A stretch of DNA of 64,000 nt from Takakia lepidozioides (lineage: Eukaryota > Plantae > Bryophyta). The stretch is taken from assembly GCA_030704615.1 (NCBI GenBank), contig CM060732.1, forward strand, positions 45,818,001-45,882,000, read 5' to 3'. A program made the translations under genes and the position numbers. The notes under the pieces were generated by a model, which was not told the origin of the DNA, searched no databases, and saw only the letters and a program-made list of their open reading frames with translations. Below, piece after piece: positions 62,489-64,000 of this stretch (its first letter is position 1; every line of letters starts with the position of its first letter).

Positions 62489-63440
62489 GGCATTTGTCTT
62501 CTGGACTTGTTTGGCGGGATCAGCACCGGATTGGTTGCTGTGTTACAAACAGGTGTACGAGTTCGGCGTTACCTGTATGTGGAGAGGGATGAGACTGCAC
62601 GACACGTCTCACTCCGTCATATTGCTCAGTTGGTGCAGCAGTACCCTAAGTTGTTGCCGGTATCTGCGGTTCGTGGATATCAGCAGGCCTTGCCAACAGA
62701 CATCTCTTTGTTGGGGGCGTAGGATTTGGAGCGGGTTGGCTTCATTGATTTGGTAGTGGCAGGTTGGCCTTGCCAAGGGTATTCATCAGCCGGGCATGGC
62801 AATGGATTGCGAGACTCGAGGTCGGGTCTGTTTTGGGATATGGTGCGGGTTTTGCGCCACTTACAGCTTCATCAGGCTGTATCTCCAGCATACATCTTGG
62901 AGAATGTGCCACTGATGGGCGATTCTCGGGCCAGGGTGATGGCCAGTGTGCATCAAGTCCGGTCGTGGCTTGGGTCAGCAGTGTTGCAGGATGCAGCTGC
63001 AGTGGGGTCACGGGCTCATCGTCCACGGTTATGGTGGACTAACTTGATGCCACCCCCACTGCTTAAGCGTGCATTTGATGGGGTGCAGCGGCCAGCACAC
63101 CTCACAGTGGATAGCATTTTGGACACAGTGAGGCAGTCTCAGCGTGTGAGACACGATGACCATTTGCCTTTGGCAGTGGTCAACAAGGTGGGTCAACCAC
63201 GAGCAGCACTCCCTACACTGCTCAGCTTCCCATGATCGCATGTTTTCCGGGATGGACCTGGCCTCCTGTGGGATGCTCAGTTGCAGCAATTAGTGGAGCC
63301 TAATGCCGACGAGCGAGAGTGGGCTATGAGTTTTTCCACTGGGACCACGGCGGTGCCTTCTCTTTCTGAGGCATCACGTCGTCAGGTGTTGGGGCAAGCA
63401 ATGGATCTAATTGCTTGACCTGGATTATCAGCTTGGCTAT
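62489..63440 (+). pseudogene. C5-cytosine DNA methyltransferase domain (DNMT3-like) within the retroelement polyprotein
   Basis: Motifs I LLDLFGG, II YVERD, III DI, IV AGWPCQGYS (catalytic Cys 62771), V RSGLF, VI ILENV, VII DAA, VIII AHRPRLWWTN, IX EPNADERE..M and X LGQAMD. Same frame as the protease. Stops at 62720 and 63233; 1-bp deletion near 63410. Confidence 0.93.
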
Positions 63441-63490
63441 GGCTGAGCAACGAAGAGTGCGGAGTGCACTTCCCTTGACGGTCTCTCTGC

Positions 63491-64000
63491 CAGGGATGCC
63501 TCGGCGTGAGCCTGGTCACGTGAGCGCGTGAGCGCGACTGCGCTCACGCCACGTCACCTTGCGCAAATGCCACGTCACGGGGCTCAGTCCACGTCATCAC
63601 ACGTGGAGGCCGAGTCACCACGCACCCAGAAAGAAGTGGAGTGTATTCCCGCGGATTGGCACCCTTTACCGCGGAAACAAGCTGGACGACATAATAAAAG
63701 GCATTGAATAAATGATGGATGAATGTACAGTTGGATGATAAACAGATGGATGAGTTTGAAAAATCTATGTAGATGGATGAATGACGGATGGATAAGAGTA
63801 AAATGGATGAATGTATAATGGATGTTGAGCAATGACAAAAATTCATGACAGGAAGATGCATGACCAAATCTTTTGACGAATGCACAAAGTATATGAAATG
63901 AGTGTGGAAGGTTTGTGGGGTGGATTAAAGAGTACAGAGGATGAATGTACAATGGATGTTGTACAAAGGAAGCTTTCATGAATGGAGCACGCATGAATAC
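63491..64000. mobile_element. Probable start of a further inserted element (hAT-like terminus) with GTGAGC/CACGTC motifs and a (GGAT/GAAT)-rich tract
   Basis: Coding character ends at CAGGGATG (63491), which resembles the Ac/Ds-type TIR start. Clustered short motifs follow, then low-complexity tggatgaatg repeats from ~63700. The other end is outside the window. Confidence 0.4.

Larger units (their letters stand above)
50802..63490 (+). mobile_element. Ty3/gypsy-like LTR retrotransposon (5' part) carrying a C5-DNA methyltransferase, interrupted by a CACTA element
   Basis: Starts TGTCAAG exactly where the CRE-like coding sequence stops. The GGCTGTG-rich tract is continuous across the CACTA insertion. 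The gag-protease-MTase reading frame spans ~59556-63480. RT, integrase and the 3' LTR are not seen, so the boundaries and clade are inferred. Confidence 0.72.

Noticed and set aside
60435-63235. Idea that the retroelement stops are repaired by U-to-C RNA editing or read-through
   Set aside because: Any stop codon can be reverted by T-to-C, plant U-to-C editing is organellar, and the accompanying frameshifts indicate decay.
62489-63440. Bacterial restriction-modification methylase or host DNMT3/DRM gene
   Set aside because: It is in frame with a retroviral-type protease and Gag, has no introns, no regulatory domains and no partner nuclease, and its motif order is not permuted as in DRM.
59646-63480. 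DIRS-type element (these often carry a methyltransferase)
   Set aside because: DIRS elements lack an aspartic protease and typically carry an adenine MTase after RT/RH. Here a protease precedes a C5-type enzyme.
63544-63994. His/Ile/Ser-rich minus-strand ORFs
   Set aside because: Translation of the (ATCC/ATTC) low-complexity tract.

Overview
Gene-dense eukaryotic nuclear DNA from a plant, most likely a non-seed land plant (bryophyte, lycophyte or fern grade). That host call is an inference from the PLS/DYW PPR cluster, the compact introns and the gene set. Positions ~1-49.8 kb hold a BAHD acyltransferase relic, a tandem PLS-PPR cluster (one intact PPR-DYW, one with a decayed E/DYW tail, one relic), a CASP-like gene, ATG7, PDX1, an Aha1-N protein, an LRR-TPR relic, a frameshifted SURNod19-like gene, a CDI-like glycosyltransferase, ACX2 and a Gfo/Idh/MocA oxidoreductase. 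Positions 49.9-64 kb are a nest of transposons. A CRE-like non-LTR 3' end is cut by a Ty3/gypsy-like element. A 6.26-kb CACTA element (TIRs and TTT TSD visible) sits inside that element and carries RPS3a fragments plus a block shared with the 5' region of the PPR gene. The strongest finding is that the retroelement polyprotein reads Gag (two zinc knuckles), then aspartic protease, then a C5-cytosine DNA methyltransferase domain with motifs I-X in order and DNMT3-like features. This copy is decayed (six in-frame stops, two 1-bp frameshifts). No RT, RNase H or integrase is visible, because unrelated, possibly hAT-like, sequence begins just after the MTase. Alignments, exon boundaries and family assignments were made by eye from motifs; no database searches were run.
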